Assembly (NCBI GenBank): GCA_905331295.1
Contig: CAJNYD010000369.1
Span: forward strand, 1 to 64,000
Reading direction: 5' to 3'
Length of the DNA stretch: 64,000 nt
DNA from: Rotaria socialis
Taxonomy: Eukaryota
The translations under genes and the position numbers were made by a program. The notes beneath the pieces were generated by a model. The model saw only the letters and a list, made by a program, of their open reading frames with translations, was not told the origin of the DNA and did not search any database. Position 1 is the first letter of the stretch; each line of letters starts with the position of its first letter. Below are positions 32,450-47,000 of this stretch, piece by piece.

Positions 32450-34800
32450 TTCCTGCTTACATAGCCGCAGGCTCCGTGAAGTTCGTCAGGTTCGAAATAA
32501 ATATTACAGAGAAAGGAAAATAGCTGGTATTGATAACGAAGATCCTAGAGTGTTGCTAAGAAATATGTCAAGAGAGGTTCGGAATGATATTTACAAGTAT
32601 AGATCAATCAGATGATCCAGCTTTCTGTCCATCATACAAGGTGCTCATGATAAACAGGAGAGTTCATTTTGGACGCATTTTTCAAAAATTTATAAACTAA
32701 AAACGCTACCATTCTTCCAATTATCAGTAGGGACTAGTATCATATCAGACGAGCAGGAGATTACGAAAAAACTCTATAATTACTTTAAGGACTTAGCTAA
32801 AGCCCCTGAAATGAGTCCATTAAATCATCGTGATATTCAAATCGAGACAGACTTTAGAGAACTTCGGAACTTACTAACTGCTTTTAAGGAATCAGACTTA
32901 GAGGCTACATCCATAACAGAAGTCACTAAAATTATAGAAAAAAGATAAAAAGAAAGAAGTCTTCCGGTATCGATCAGGTCTAAAATTTTATTATTAAGTG
33001 CTCCCTCCAACTTATATAGAAAGTCTAGTCAATTGCTTCAAATTTTGGTTAAAAGATGGGAGGTATCCAGGCTTCTGGAATAGCTCGAAAATTATTACCT
33101 TCAACAAACTTAACGCTAGTATACCACGTTGCAATCAGACTAGTGTTCTTTCCATTCTTCAGGAAGTTCAGAATAATTTAGCTACGAATGTCCCTACGCT
33201 TGCAATATATGTCGACTATGAAACAGCTTTTGACTTAGTTTGGCATTCGGGTCTCCTAGGTCAAATTATACAGGTTAGGTATACGCATTTGTGTCGATAT
33301 TGATGGCACGCTTCGATGGGTCTCCTTCCTCTTCCTTCTATTCTCTTTCCATTGTTCTAATATATATATATATATATATCCTATATATTATGTGTGTTAT
33401 GTATGAAGCTGCTACGCTTTGGATATGTGAAGAAGCGAATAAACATCATTGCCGAGAGTAGTGGGTCCCATATTTATCGTTACACCACTAACCTACTGAA
33501 AATTATTTATAGCTGGCTGAATAGTCGCACAGCGATTATTTACTATGGCCAAACTAAGTCAGAAGTTTTTCAAGTACAAGTCGGTCTTTCTCAAGGGAGT
33601 AGTCAATCCCTTTATATTCGTAGTATACCATAGCGATTTAGTAGCTTGTCTGGTAGCTCACTGAAGACATATCTTCGCTGATGATCTGAGCGTGGTCATT
33701 CGAGCACCCATCCAAAAATCCTACTCATCTCTAGTCGAGTATTTAGAGGTTGAGGGATGTAAAGTATGCGACAGGGTTGCTGAATATTCGGTTCGCTGGA
33801 AACAACCAATCAATATCGGCAAAACTGTCGCACAACTCTTCTATTCTCAAATTAGAAAGCCCACGGTAGACATATATATATATGCTAGGACAGAAATTTG
33901 TCATTGTAGACACGTTCAAGTATCTTGGTTTTACTTGGGCAAGTAAATTATCATTGAGATTCACTGTAAACAAAAGCCTGGAGAATATCCAAAGATCATT
34001 GGGTAAGCTCAAATGGCTGCGTAGCGGCAAAATTTTGTCCATAGCAGAGAGCTAATCGAACTGACTTTTTCTGATTCGAGTTCGGTTCGGTTCGGCTTTC
34101 GCTCTCTGGTCCAAAGACACTTTGAGAAGATGCTTCTTCGCGTATATATTTCCCCATTTCGCTTGGATCTTTCCATTTTCCCCCTTTCTCCCAACAACAC
34201 ACCAAGAGGCACTTAGAAGAAAGTATAGAGTAGCAATACGCTTAGCCATCGTGTCCCATTTGTTCGCGCTAAGGATCTTTTGACTTTTACCCGAGAAGAA
34301 CCGCTTGATACTTATGTCAAACGTTATATCTCGAAAAGATTAAAAAAGGTGTGTTCTTCAGATTTAGATTCTTCCCTATTTGTTGAAGATGTATTCCTAT
34401 GGGATAATTTCCATAAGCAAGCTAAAGATGATGTTGGTCATCTATTTATGTTGAAACGGGTTAAACGTTTAAAATTAAAACACTGCTCCCTTCTCCTAGA
34501 CTGGCTGGGTTTTAATGAGCAAAGTGATAATTAGAAATATAAGAAAAAAGGAACACGAAATCGTAGTTTATTAACAGCCCCTTAACATTCTACTTCAACC
34601 TTTACAGCTCCCGCTACTTCTATTTTCTGTTCATCTCGTTACCACCTTCATTTACTTCATGTATTTTTATCTTTGTTTCTCCCTTTTTGTTTTCTTTTCA
34701 GTTTTTGTTTGTTACTTCTTATCTCTCCCGTCCCTGCATGTTTCTCTGTTTTTGTAAGCACTTCCGAGTGTTACAATAAAAAGAGCATAAGTCAAAAAGA
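32450..34800 (+). mobile_element. Decayed, 5'-truncated non-LTR retrotransposon (LINE, jockey-like RT) with many stops and frameshifts
   Basis: KKSSGID, AIYVDYETAFDLVWH, GLSQGS, IFADDL (33671), FKYLG (33915); pyrimidine-rich 3' UTR, aataaa and A-rich tail near 34786-34804. Confidence 0.85.
33290..33484 (+). mobile_element. Solo LTR inserted in the LINE RT
   Basis: TG...CA ends with inverted tgtgtcgata/tatcgttaca; internal TA run and aataaa; degenerate 5-bp TSD gcatt/ccact. Removing the insert plus one TSD restores RT frame RLGIPTNLLKII. Confidence 0.75.
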
Positions 34801-34939
34801 AAAATCTTCATTAAAGTTTTGATTAAATCAGAATCCATCATTCTCTATAGATTGGCACGTAAATTATTTGAAAACATTCCTTGAATATCATTGATCATAT
34901 TATTTGTTGAATTTTCTCCTAGATAGTAGTGACCTAAAG

Positions 34940-36928
34940 TTATTGAAACTCATCATTTTCTCTTCTTTTCGAGGTACACATTGGCAAACAACTCAACAAA
35001 CAATTATTAGTTTTACTTGCTCTTGTATTTAAAAGCTGAAAAAAGAGAAATATATGTATAATAAGAATGAAGTCAGCTACAATGACATACCGTTGTTTGT
35101 TGTTTACAATCTTCACCGATCCATAGATACACTTTAAATATGTTATTATTGTCAAATCGACAAGTAAAACTATTATTGTCTAATGTTGTCAGTCGGCGTG
35201 TATTTCGAACAAGCCATTCTCGTGTTATTCGAGGCTCCCACAAATTTCTTCTAACATTAATGCAATAATTATTAACAGTAAATGAAGCATAGGAGATATT
35301 ATTGAATTGATCAATTAAAATTGCCAATTCATGACAACTATTCACGGTAATCGATAATCGTTCAACACGTGAAAAAAGTTGAATCCAATCAAAATTCTCA
35401 TTATTTGCTGAGTAAGCAAAGAAGGGCATTTGTAGAATATGAATCTGTTCTAGAGGAATAATAGAATTCGAATATTTTAAAGACAATCCACAATTGAAAC
35501 TGAGATAATGAAGGCAAGGCATCGAATACCAAATGAGTTGAACAATCATGTCTAATGACCATGAAGATGAATTTACACTTAAATATTGCACTCGAGAAAG
35601 ATCAATCAATGCCCTGTTGATTTCGAGACCGATGAGCACAAGTTTTTCTACTTCCTTATAGCAATAATCTGGTTCGTTTTTTATCGAATCAAATGTGAGT
35701 TCGGTAATCATATTATAAAGTCGGGCATGCTGTTCGATGGGCAGTGTTGTCGAGTGAGGTAATACTGGCATTTCAGAATACGCAATTGAGCGATGAGCAA
35801 AGTGAGGTACGGTGAATAAAAGTGAACGCTGTCGATCGTATGCTACAAACCAAGGCCGATGTTTATCCAGCCAAAATGGAGTGTGAAAATGACCAAGTAC
35901 AGTCTGTTCGTTACGATAGACGTTTTCTAACTTAAACTTGAAATAAAAAGTTCTAAGTCGTGGTAATCGTTCAACGATGAACCTTTCCCAGCGATCACCA
36001 TAACTAAGATTGTTGTTTCCATCACAGTCAACGATAAGTTCAAGTTGTCGTAGACGAGGCGTATGCACGAGAAATTGTTCTACATGATTACGGGAAATAA
36101 TTACACTTGACCAGTTGTAACCACCTAGAAAAAAAATTAAAGTTCTATATTGTAATCGAGTGCAGTTAAATCTCTGGAAAAAAATGTTTGCTTGATTTCA
36201 TAAATATGTTACTACTTACTAAAGACATCAATCGACACAGAGAGACTAATGAGATGAATTGGTGACTTTCCATGATTGATAGTAACAAAGTTTTCGATCT
36301 GTTCACGACTCTCAAACATAATTGAAATATTAAGTGAGACGAGCATTGGTGCATAACGAAATATATCTTTGAGCATGAAGTATGAACAATTTGTTAAAGT
36401 TGAATGACGCAGGTGAAGTAGTTGAATTCGAGTGATATAAATAAAACTTTCAAAATAAACAACAAACTCATATTTTACAACGAATCGTACGAGTTTAGGC
36501 ATAATTTGGAGATATCGATTATAATGTTTTGGCGTTACTTCAAGGAATTTTAGACTTTCAATTTTATCGAGACCAGTAAAAAATGATTCACTGTCATCGT
36601 CGATATTAATCAGCGTAAGTGCACGGAGATGACTAAACTGTTCAATTGAAAAACGAGAGAAAAGTAGTTGGCATTGACCTGGTGTATCATTACTATCTGA
36701 TAAGACGAGTGAGATTACGTGATTTGGTCGTAGACGACGGCAAATGAGATCAAATAATGGTCTGGAAATCGAATGAAAGTTGAGAAATGAGCCACTGCAG
36801 TTCACTATGACATTATCAAGATAGTCATTTATATTTAGAAATGAATTAAGGATTTCATTAGTCCAAAGATAGTCGAAAATAGAATGTAAAAGTTCCACAG
36901 GCACAAAGTCGAACATAAACCAGTGCAT
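34940..36928 (-). CDS. F-box/LRR-like protein of a lineage-expanded type; exons 36928-36220, 36124-35091, 35035-34940
   Basis: N-terminal FDFVPVELLHSIFDYL..EILNSF; SLVLSDSNDTPGQ; WERFIVERLPRLRTFYF; LFTVP; two GT-AG introns that keep frame. Confidence 0.8.
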
Positions 36929-38339
36929 AATTGTTATTGAACAAACGGTAAAATTTTCTTCATTCTAAATGGCAAGAATAATTCATCATATTGTTTCTTC
37001 TTTCATTTTAACTGAAAATACAAAAATCTCCTATACACTGTGACATAGGGAATTTAAAACGAAGATCAGAATTGCATCTAAACAGTTCAAATCTACATGA
37101 ATTTCTATTTAAACACAACCATACTCACACTTGTAGTGAGCGAATGACAGAATTAGAAGGAAAAAAATTGTTCTTGTTATCGACTCATGCATTTAGGGTA
37201 AAGATCGGATTTAATATGTGTTAGAAAGATGAATGTGGCTCACATTGCTCTATATTATGATGAAAGTCTATGATTACGCGACACAAAACAACGGAATGAC
37301 GGAAGAAGTTATTTCTTTCATAGTAACACTAACCACCGTTTTTTTTCTCTTTTTCTTTTCAGAGCACATGTGTAACAATAACAGCAACACACTAGCAACG
37401 CACTCGTTTAACTTTTAACTAGTGAAATCGAATGGCTCGTGCCAATTCTAGTACTGGAGTTTTGAACAAATATGCACGAGAAGGCATATTGAGATTCCCA
37501 GGATCGGTTCCATGTGAAAAACGTCGTCTTTCATTTGCCGATTTATGTTTATAATCATCTGACATCATCATTTATTATGTTACTGTCTAGACAACGCCCA
37601 TAAAATTATACCGATCGACTCAAAAGATAAGTCATCTTAAATCACGTAAATACTATCAAGCGATACGTGATGAGTTGCACTTTTCATTATCGAATGTATA
37701 TAACTTCATACTTGTGATTCTGTTCTCATTAAATAATATAAAGATATTATAGCTTCGTGACGCAAATTAACCCATTCAGTGAGAAAAGCGAGTCTCTGAT
37801 ATTGAAAACGTTTGGTTTGTCATTATGTTGATGAGTGAACCTTAATTAAAAAAAAACTCAAATTAATGACAACATGAACATTCATCTGCTTGTTTTACAG
37901 GCAGAAGTGGCACACATTTATGCAAAGTTGGTCTTGTTTTGTTCTCACCTTGATATCTACATCAAGTAAATAACTAAAACATCAAACGTACGAATGTATG
38001 AGGCAGTATTTATTTTCACTGATACACTACCTAATGATTGATAGCAACACGAATTTTTGTAATTTTTATACAAACGAATCAGTTTATACTTATCATAGAT
38101 ATTGAAAAATAAAGTTTCAGACTGTTTAATTAATCAAAATATTTCTCTTCAAATTGAATGGACTCTTTTACTAGCAGAGTATTTGACATACACCATGATA
38201 TATCTTTAAGATATGCCGGTCAAAATATTGCTTTATTGTTTGTTTTTGCTACTTTTGAACATAACTCTAGGATTATTGGGATTTCTGAGATTTTCATGGA
38301 ATTCGGAATCCTGAGAATCCGCCTTTTCCCACTTGGTGG

Positions 38340-39797
38340 TTGTAGCTCTTCACCAGGAAAAGCATTTTATTGATCTTTATGAGGATGCATTCAATCAAGA
38401 TTTCAAGTATATCTATTTTTCTATTTCACTGAATTCTACCTATAAAAAATGTACTATTCTAGGAAGCAAATGTGCAAGCTGCATCTGATTGCGTTAGGTG
38501 CTGCAATGGCAAATTCAACCATGTATTTTCTCCATTGTGCTACTTTTTCATTCGGCAGTAAACTTGTTTCAGATGGCGATATGAACTTTGATGATGTGTT
38601 TAAGTAAGCAAGATGCTTTGAGATACTTGTGACGATACACGAATATAAATTATTCACTAGAATATTTATTGTTATTACTTTTGCAATGATTATTATCGGT
38701 CGTTCAATGGCTATGATTCCTGGTTATGCAAAAGCAAAACAAGCAGCATCGAGAATCATGAAACTTAATCAACGACAGTCAAAAATCAATCCTCACGACG
38801 ATTCTGGCATCATCTTAGTGCGGATATATTGATTTTAATTATCAAGTCTACATCTTTGTTTTTTAGAAAGAAATGGAAGGAAATATTGAATTTCACGATG
38901 CTCATTTTCGATATCCAACACGACCTACTCTTCGTATTCTTAGAAGCTTCTCATTGAAATGTTTAAGTAGTGGTACAACAGCACTTGTTGGACCATCGGG
39001 TAGTGGAAAATCGGCGACTATTGCGTTGCTACAAAGATTCTATGATCCATTGAACGGAAAAGTTCTACTCGATGGTCATGATATCAAAGCTCTTAATATT
39101 CAATGGCTTCGATCTATAATGGGACTTGTTCAGCAAGAACCAGTTCTGTTTAATCTTTCTATTCGAGATAATATTGCTTATGGTGACAATAGTCGAGAAA
39201 TAACACAAAGTGACATCGAAACAGCAGCTCGAAAAGCTAATATTCATGAGTTGATTATTTCATTACCACAGGTTATTATTTTGCCTTGCGCATTCGATCT
39301 CATCTTTTGATATTTTGTAGGGCTATGAAACGTCATGTGGAGCAAAAGGTGGCCAATTATCTGGTGGACAAAAACAACGAAGTAAATTATTCGATGATGT
39401 GGAAAGTTTAGAGATGAATGTGATATATTTTTTAGTTGCTATTGCTCGAGCATTAGTTCGTTCACCGAAAATTCTTCTTCTTGATGAAGCCACATCAGCA
39501 TTAGATAATAAAAGTGAAAAGGTCGTTCAAGCAGCATTGGATAAAGCAAGATCAGGTCGAACTTGCATGAGTATTGCTCATCGTTTGTCAACGATTCAAA
39601 ATTCAGAGAAGATTGCTGTTGTCGATCGAGGCAAATTGAAAGAAGAAGTAAATAGTTCGATTTGTATTGAAGTTGAATCCATTAAACATTTATTCGTTTA
39701 GGGTACACATGATGAGCTCTTACAACTGAATGGAGTTTATGCTAAATTAATGTTAGTTGAAAAGCGAACGTCTCAACACTTGAAAGTAGTCCATTAG
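38340..39797 (+). pseudogene. 5'-truncated ABCB (P-glycoprotein) paralog: end of TMD2 plus NBD2 only
   Basis: Seven exons splice in frame: VALHQEKHF..., [43 protein letters not shown]; stop at 39795-39797. No upstream ABC exons are visible in the window. Confidence 0.8.
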
Positions 39798-41003
39798 AAA
39801 TCGCATAGATTTCGATAGTTGATACCAATTAGGTGTTTGAAAATTTTTCTTACTTTGCTTTGTATGGCATATTTTCTGGTTACAATCTATGATAAGCTTC
39901 TGTAAATATACAGCTGGTCGTTGTTCTAATCATTTTTCAAAAAATTAAGACGTCTATTTGCTGCAATCTTCTTGTTATTGTCCTAAGATTAATTAGCATT
40001 CATGTGGATTTTTTGGAGCTCAAATCTAAACTGGTGACGTTAAGATATGCGTGTCTATACGTATATATACGACGAGGCATGCAACTTAAATACTGAATAA
40101 ATAGAAATGGTTATATGACATACGTATAGGACTCATTTTTTTTTACTAGCCTAACGTTTTTGTAATAGAATACTTGAATTTCATATTGCAAGAGAGCACG
40201 ATGACTTTGTATAAATGTTTCATATTATGGACATTAGAAAATGACAAATCCGTACGCCTATAACGACTTAAGGTTGCTATCAATTAACTTATATATGTGT
40301 GCGTTATATTTTCTTCCTTCAATGGTTCGCTATCGTTCTATAATAATGTAATGGTCAATTTCGATGGGTATTTTCAAAGTGCATCGCTTATATTTTCTTT
40401 CTCCCCGGTTGATTGATGTGCTCTCTACGAGGCAGATCTAACCAATAAAATCAAGAGAGTTGTTCAGAGGGATGATTTTTTGTCATTGATTTCAATTTAT
40501 CATCATCGGTAAGTGTCTCATTTTTTTGTTCTTATCCCATGTTCTACACCGTAGGATATAAATGAATATATTATGATGCAACATTCGTCTTATTCAAATA
40601 CAAAGAATAAATAATTTCTAGTTAAATATCATATCATGAGGTCTTCTTCTAGCATGTTTATAACATATTGTTTTTCATTTTATTTATTGTTTTGTTGTTT
40701 CTGAGTCGACAATGTAGTCATCACGGTGCGCATCTCGTACGAAAACGTACCTTACGAATAGTGATACTGACTGTTGTATCAACAGAACAATGATACTGTA
40801 ATATTTTATGAGTCTTAGTATATGTGTCTTATCAGCTCGAAATAATCAAAATACAAAATACTGAAACTTTTTTTATTCTTCATCTTATTCTTTATTTTAC
40901 AGGTAAGCATTGAAAATGGATTTTTTAACTAAACATTTTTATCGATATGTCTCCCAGATTGACGTTTACACATATTTGAATCAAGTCAGTTTATGAATTA
41001 ATT

Positions 41004-44000
41004 ATGTCATTTGTTGCAAAGAAAAGGAACGACAGTTGGACACTTAGTAATGATGGTGTCGATGAGAAAAATGAGTCAAATGGACATTTTAAAACACAAA
41101 ATGGAATATCCAAATCAGAAATACAATTCAATGATAAACCTCAGTATGTATTTGCTTTGTTAGCAGCGTCCTCTTTTGATACGATTGGAAATATAGATGC
41201 TATCTAAATCTCGGTAGTCAATAACTCATTTTCTTTCTTTCATTCGTCTAAAGAAAAAGAAACCTTACCTATGTTATGTTCGCGATGTTCTTTTTAACAT
41301 TGCAATCAAATAATGCATTCACAAGTATATAAATTATGTTCCCCCTTGTTTATCTATTTTTAACCAATGATTTTCCAGTTTCAAAAAGTGATCAGCTGCT
41401 TATTGTCAAATTGCCCATGGAACTGGTTAAGGAAACGTACTGACTTCTGATTTAAATTCAATACAATGAGAAAATTAAAAAATTCAAATAGAAATCGAAA
41501 AAGGTCTATTTTTATTGATCATATTGTCATTTGTTTTTCGTAATAATCCACACGTGAGAAATATGTACGTGTTTAGATCGGATCATACGAATACAAATGA
41601 TGATGCTGAATTAAAAAAAGCTTTATTCGATGAAAATAATTCGAACAAAAATGCAGAATCTAATTTAACTAGTACTACTGAAGATGAACTTTTGTAAGGT
41701 TTTTAGTCGTAAATTTAAAAAAATAATTTATAATCTCGTTTTTTTCTTTATAGGGAATCAAAGAAGCAAAATGCCAGTGAAAAAGCTCCCAGTCGAAAAT
41801 TAACTTTCTTTGAAATTGTAAGTCTATATTCATGTAGTTTTTATTTCTAAATAGATTGCCTATTTCTTTTGTTTCTAGTACAAATTTGCTGATAAACTTG
41901 ATTTTCTACTTATGTTTATCGGCACAATTGCGTGCATGGGTACTGGGTGAGTATTTTATTGATTTATGGTGACAAAAGATGTGCTTTTTTTCTTCGTATT
42001 ATCAAATCAACAAAGGATTTAGGTGAATAAGAGTGCTTAAAAAAAGAGCAATGTAATCATTGATGGCGAGAGACTCATAAGTCAGTAGAACATTTTTGAT
42101 TTACAGTGTTCTAGAAATGAGAGACTACCAAAGGGAAAAACTTTTAAAATTCCAATAAGAAGATCTTTTTATTTTTAGAGCTGTGTTTCCATTGATGATG
42201 TTAGTTTACAAAAGTATGATTAATTTTTCTTGTAGTTATTTGTTTTTTGTTACGCTATGAAATATAATTATAGGTGTTGCAACATCATTGGTTAAAAGTG
42301 GTATTCCGTCCAATATACAAAATATTACAATACCTCCAGGTTTCGATCCAGCTTGGTAGGACTTAGAAATAAAGTTTCTTTCAATCAATAAAAAAAAAAC
42401 TTTATCTCTATAATTAGTATTGTTCAAGCACCAAATTCAACTAGTGATATTTTGAGTGATCTGCGCGGCATGATCAAGTGGTATGCTATATTAGGTTTTG
42501 CTAGCATATTTTGTTATTGGCTCGGTTATTCACTTTGGGTACGAAAAAAATATATTATTCAAAAAGATGACGTCATCAATTTATGTAGATGATTGCGGCA
42601 GAACGTCAAGTTCGACGTATGAGATTTGCATTATTTCGTTCGATTATGCATCAAGAAATGGGTTGGTTTGATCAATTGAATCCCGGTGAACTTAGCAATC
42701 GTTTAGTGGCAGATTTAGGTATCAGAAACAAAAAAAAATCACCATGCTAAATCTTTTTTTGTTGACTTTTATTTTTTTTTAGATAAAATTCGCGATGGTT
42801 TAGGAGACAAAAAAGCTGATTTTATTAGTTTAATGTGTCGATTATTCGGTGGTCTTGTATTTGCTTTTATTACAGGTAAATTTTAGAGAAAAATAAATAC
42901 ATTAGTCAAATTAATTGCATTCGTTTTTAGGATGGAAATTATCACTTGTATTTATAGCAACGAGTCCTTTGACTATTTTTGCATTCAATATAACTATGAG
43001 AGTTCGTTGATAAAAACAAAAATAACATTTGAAGATTACGTTTTGCTTATGTAGGTTATTGCAAAATATACAGCCAAAGAAATACAATCATATTCAACAG
43101 CAAGTGCTGTAGCACAAGAAGTTCTTGGCTCAATAAGAACTGTTACAGCATTTGGAGGACAAAAAAAAGAAGAGCAAAGGTTAAAAAATAAAATTCAAAC
43201 CAAAACAAATTTTGGACAAGTTTTATTCTAATATAGATTTTCTGAGAATTTAGTTGAAGCAAAACAAATTGGTATAAAAAAAGGTCTTTATTTGGGTATA
43301 TGCCAAGCAGCTGCTCAGATAGCAATCTATCTATCATTTGCTATTACATTTTGGTGTATGTATATTTCGTCTATTTATCGAATAATTTGAATACCTCAAT
43401 ATTTTTAGATGGACCCTATCTTGTGCGTTACGAATGTAGAAATTATGATGCAGGATCTGTGATTGTTGTATGTAAACAATAGATAAAAATGACGAAAAAA
43501 TTATATTTGTTAAAACTTTCTTAGATTTTTATTTCATGTTTACAATCAACATTTAGTATCTCTCAAATAGTACCTAATATTCAAGCATTTGCTGAAGCAT
43601 CTGGTAGTGGTGGTTATGTGTTTGATATTATATCAAGAGTAATTATTTATGAATTTTTTTATTTATTTTTTCTTTGATTTATGATTTTTGTTAGATATCG
43701 AACATTGATTCGTTTAAAAACGAAGGTGATATTCCGCCCAGCATTGTTGGTGATATCGAGCTTCAAAATGTTAGATTTACATATCCAGCTCGTAAAGATA
43801 CACCGGTTAGATCGAAGAAAATTTTTATAGTATATATATAACATTAATTTTTTTAGATTTTGCAAGGTGTTAGTATGAAAATTCCGTCGGGAAAGACAGT
43901 TGCTTTAGTTGGAGCATCGGGATGTGGAAGTTAGTTTGTTTGTCTTTCCTTCATCAATGCTCTTTTTTTCCTCATTGTAATAGAAAGTACCACCATTCAA

Positions 44001-47000
44001 TTGATTCAACGGTTTTACGATCCCGAACAAGGACGGGTGCTACTGGATGGAAAAGATATTAAAACATTGAATGTTGCTTGGCTTCGTCAACATATTGGCG
44101 TTGTTAGTCAAGAACCTGTTCTTTTTACTGGAACCATTGAAGAAAATATTCGCTTCGGTAAACAAGATGCAACTGACGAAGAAGTTATAGCGGCTGCTAA
44201 AATGGCTAATGCACATGAATTCATAATGGCACTTCCGGATGTACGTATTTTCATTTTTTAGATCATAATTTTCTTATTATATATAAATAGAACTACAAAA
44301 CATCATCAGGCGATAAACTAAGTGGTGGTCAAAAACAACGAGGTAAACACAATGAGAGTTTCTTGGAAAACTCAGTATTATGTGTTTGCTTTTAGTTGCT
44401 ATTGCTCGAGCATTGGTTTCGAATCCAACGATTCTTCTTCTCGATGAAGCAACAAGTGCACTTGGTTTGTTTCTACTTTCTTCTTAAAATCAAATAATTT
44501 CTTCAAAAATTAGATAATGAAAGTGAACGTGTCGTTCAAGATGCATTGGACAGAGCTAAAATGGGTCGAACAACAATTGTCATAGCTCATCGTTTGAGTA
44601 CGATACGAAATGTTGATTTAATCATTGCATTGGAAAAAGGCGAAGTGATGGAAGATGGTACTCACAATGAATTGATGGACCGTAAAGGTCTTTACTATGA
44701 ACTTGTAACAGCGCAACAACGTAAAGAAAAAGATGAAGATGACGATATGTTGGATGATGACAAACAAGTACAATTATCAGAGAAAAGTAAGAAATTATAT
44801 TATAATATAAAACTTCAAAGATAATTTTTTTTTTAATTTAGATCATGCACGTCATTTACGTACGTTGTCACTTGTTTCTACTAAATCAGCAGGATCTGAT
44901 GTTCCTGATATGGAGGAAAACGATACAGAAAATGTTGAAATAAAAAATAAAAAGTGTTGTCATCAACCATTTATATTCAAAATTCTTAAACTGAATCTCC
45001 CAGAAATATATTGGATCATAATTGGATGTATATCATCAATTACATTCGGTGCAATAACACCTGTAAGTCTACATGAATTTTAAATGAGTTCTAGCTTTTT
45101 TAATTAATTTTATTTTAGTTATTTTCATTTTTCTTTTCGCAAATTTATGCTTTATTTGCTGAACCAGATGTTGCTAAAGCCAATATAGAAACGCGTAACT
45201 ATGCATTAGTTATTTTCTTTATTGGCATATTTGGTGGGTTGTGTCAATGTGTCAGTAGTATCGCTTTTTCTAAAAGTGGTGAAGCCTTAACCATGCGTAT
45301 GCGGATAATGTCATTTTCATCAATGTTAAGACAAGAAATTGGTTGGTTCGATAAAGAACAAAATAGTCTTGGTGCTTTAGTCACCCAACTCTCATCAGAT
45401 ACATCAAATTTGAAAGTAATTTCATTAATATTTTAAATATAAATAATAATCGTTTTTCTAGGGTTTATCTGGAGTTCGAATGGGCGTTATCTTTAATGCC
45501 GTCGGAGCCATTGTATTTTCATTAACAATTGCATTTCAGGCAGGATGGAAACTGACTTTTATTGTATTGTTATTTGTACCATTGATGGTTTTTTCGGGCA
45601 TTTTGCAAGGAAAACGAATGACCAATACGAAAAAAAGCAATGACAAAAATAATAGTAAATTGTCTTGGTCAGAAAAAGGAGGAACGGTAGATATTTATTT
45701 TTTGCTTCTTCTTCTGTCGATTGCCAATGAATATTATTTAAGTATGCAACAGAAGCAATTGATAGTGTACGAACTGTTGTTGGACTTCATCAAGAAGAAT
45801 TTTTTATTGCTCGTTATGAAGATTGCTTTCAGAAAGAGTTTAAGTAAGATCGATAGTTTTAAATTGAAAGAAAAATTCAATTTCGCGTTTAATAGCCGAA
45901 CAATGATCAAAATTCAAATACAATCACTGGGAACAGGCTTGGCAAATTCAATTATGTTCTTTATTCATGCTGCATCATTTGGATATGGAAGTGTTCTAGT
46001 TGAAAACGGAGAAATGGAAGCACCACTCGTATTTCGGTAAATGAATAAATGTTAGTATTAAAAAAAAAACGAATGTTTTCTTTTTCTTTTTAGAGTCTTT
46101 TCTGTAATTACTTTTGGCGCTATGAGTGTAGGACGGTGAGTTTGATTATTAGAAATTAATTTTTTTAAGAAAATTTATCTTTAATAGATCAACGGCAATG
46201 ATACCAGATTATGCCAAAGGAAAAGAAAGTGCAATTAGAATATTGAATTTAAATAATCGTCAATCGCAAATTGATCCTCAAAATATCGATGGAATTGTAT
46301 TAGTAAGTAGTCGTTAATCTAAAATATTTAGTGAAAGATATATTATGCATTGCATTAAACTATTTATTTAATAGGATAACTTGACGGGAAATATTGAATT
46401 TGAACAAGTTAAATTTGTATATCCATCGCGACCGACATTGCGTGTTTTGAAAGGTTTTGATCTACCAGCAAAGGCAAGTCAAACAACAGCAATTTGTGGG
46501 CCAAGTGGTTCAGGGTATACTTCTTTTTTCTTTTTAATTATTTATTGACTTGTTTCTCACCAATAGAAAAAGTACATGTGTTGCATTACTTCTTCGATTT
46601 TATGATCCATATCAAGGTTCTATTTTACTCGACGGTCATGATATTCGAGAATTAAGTTTACCATGGTTACGATCTCAACTTGGCTTTGTTCAACAAGAAC
46701 CCGTTTTATTTAATTTAAGTATTCATGATAATATAGCATATGGTGATAATACACGAAAAGTTACACAACATGAAATTGAAGAAGCAGCAAAAAAAGCTAA
46801 TATTCACAATACGATTATTTCATTACCTGAGGTAATATTTTGCGAGAAAAAGAAAAGAAACAAGTATTTCTGTTTACGTATGTTTTTTTTTCCCGGCGGA
46901 TTTAGGGCTATAATACAATGTGCGGTGCAAAAGGTAGTCAACTTAGTGGGGGTCAAAAACAACGTATTGCTATAGCACGTGCACTTGTACGTAATCCAAA

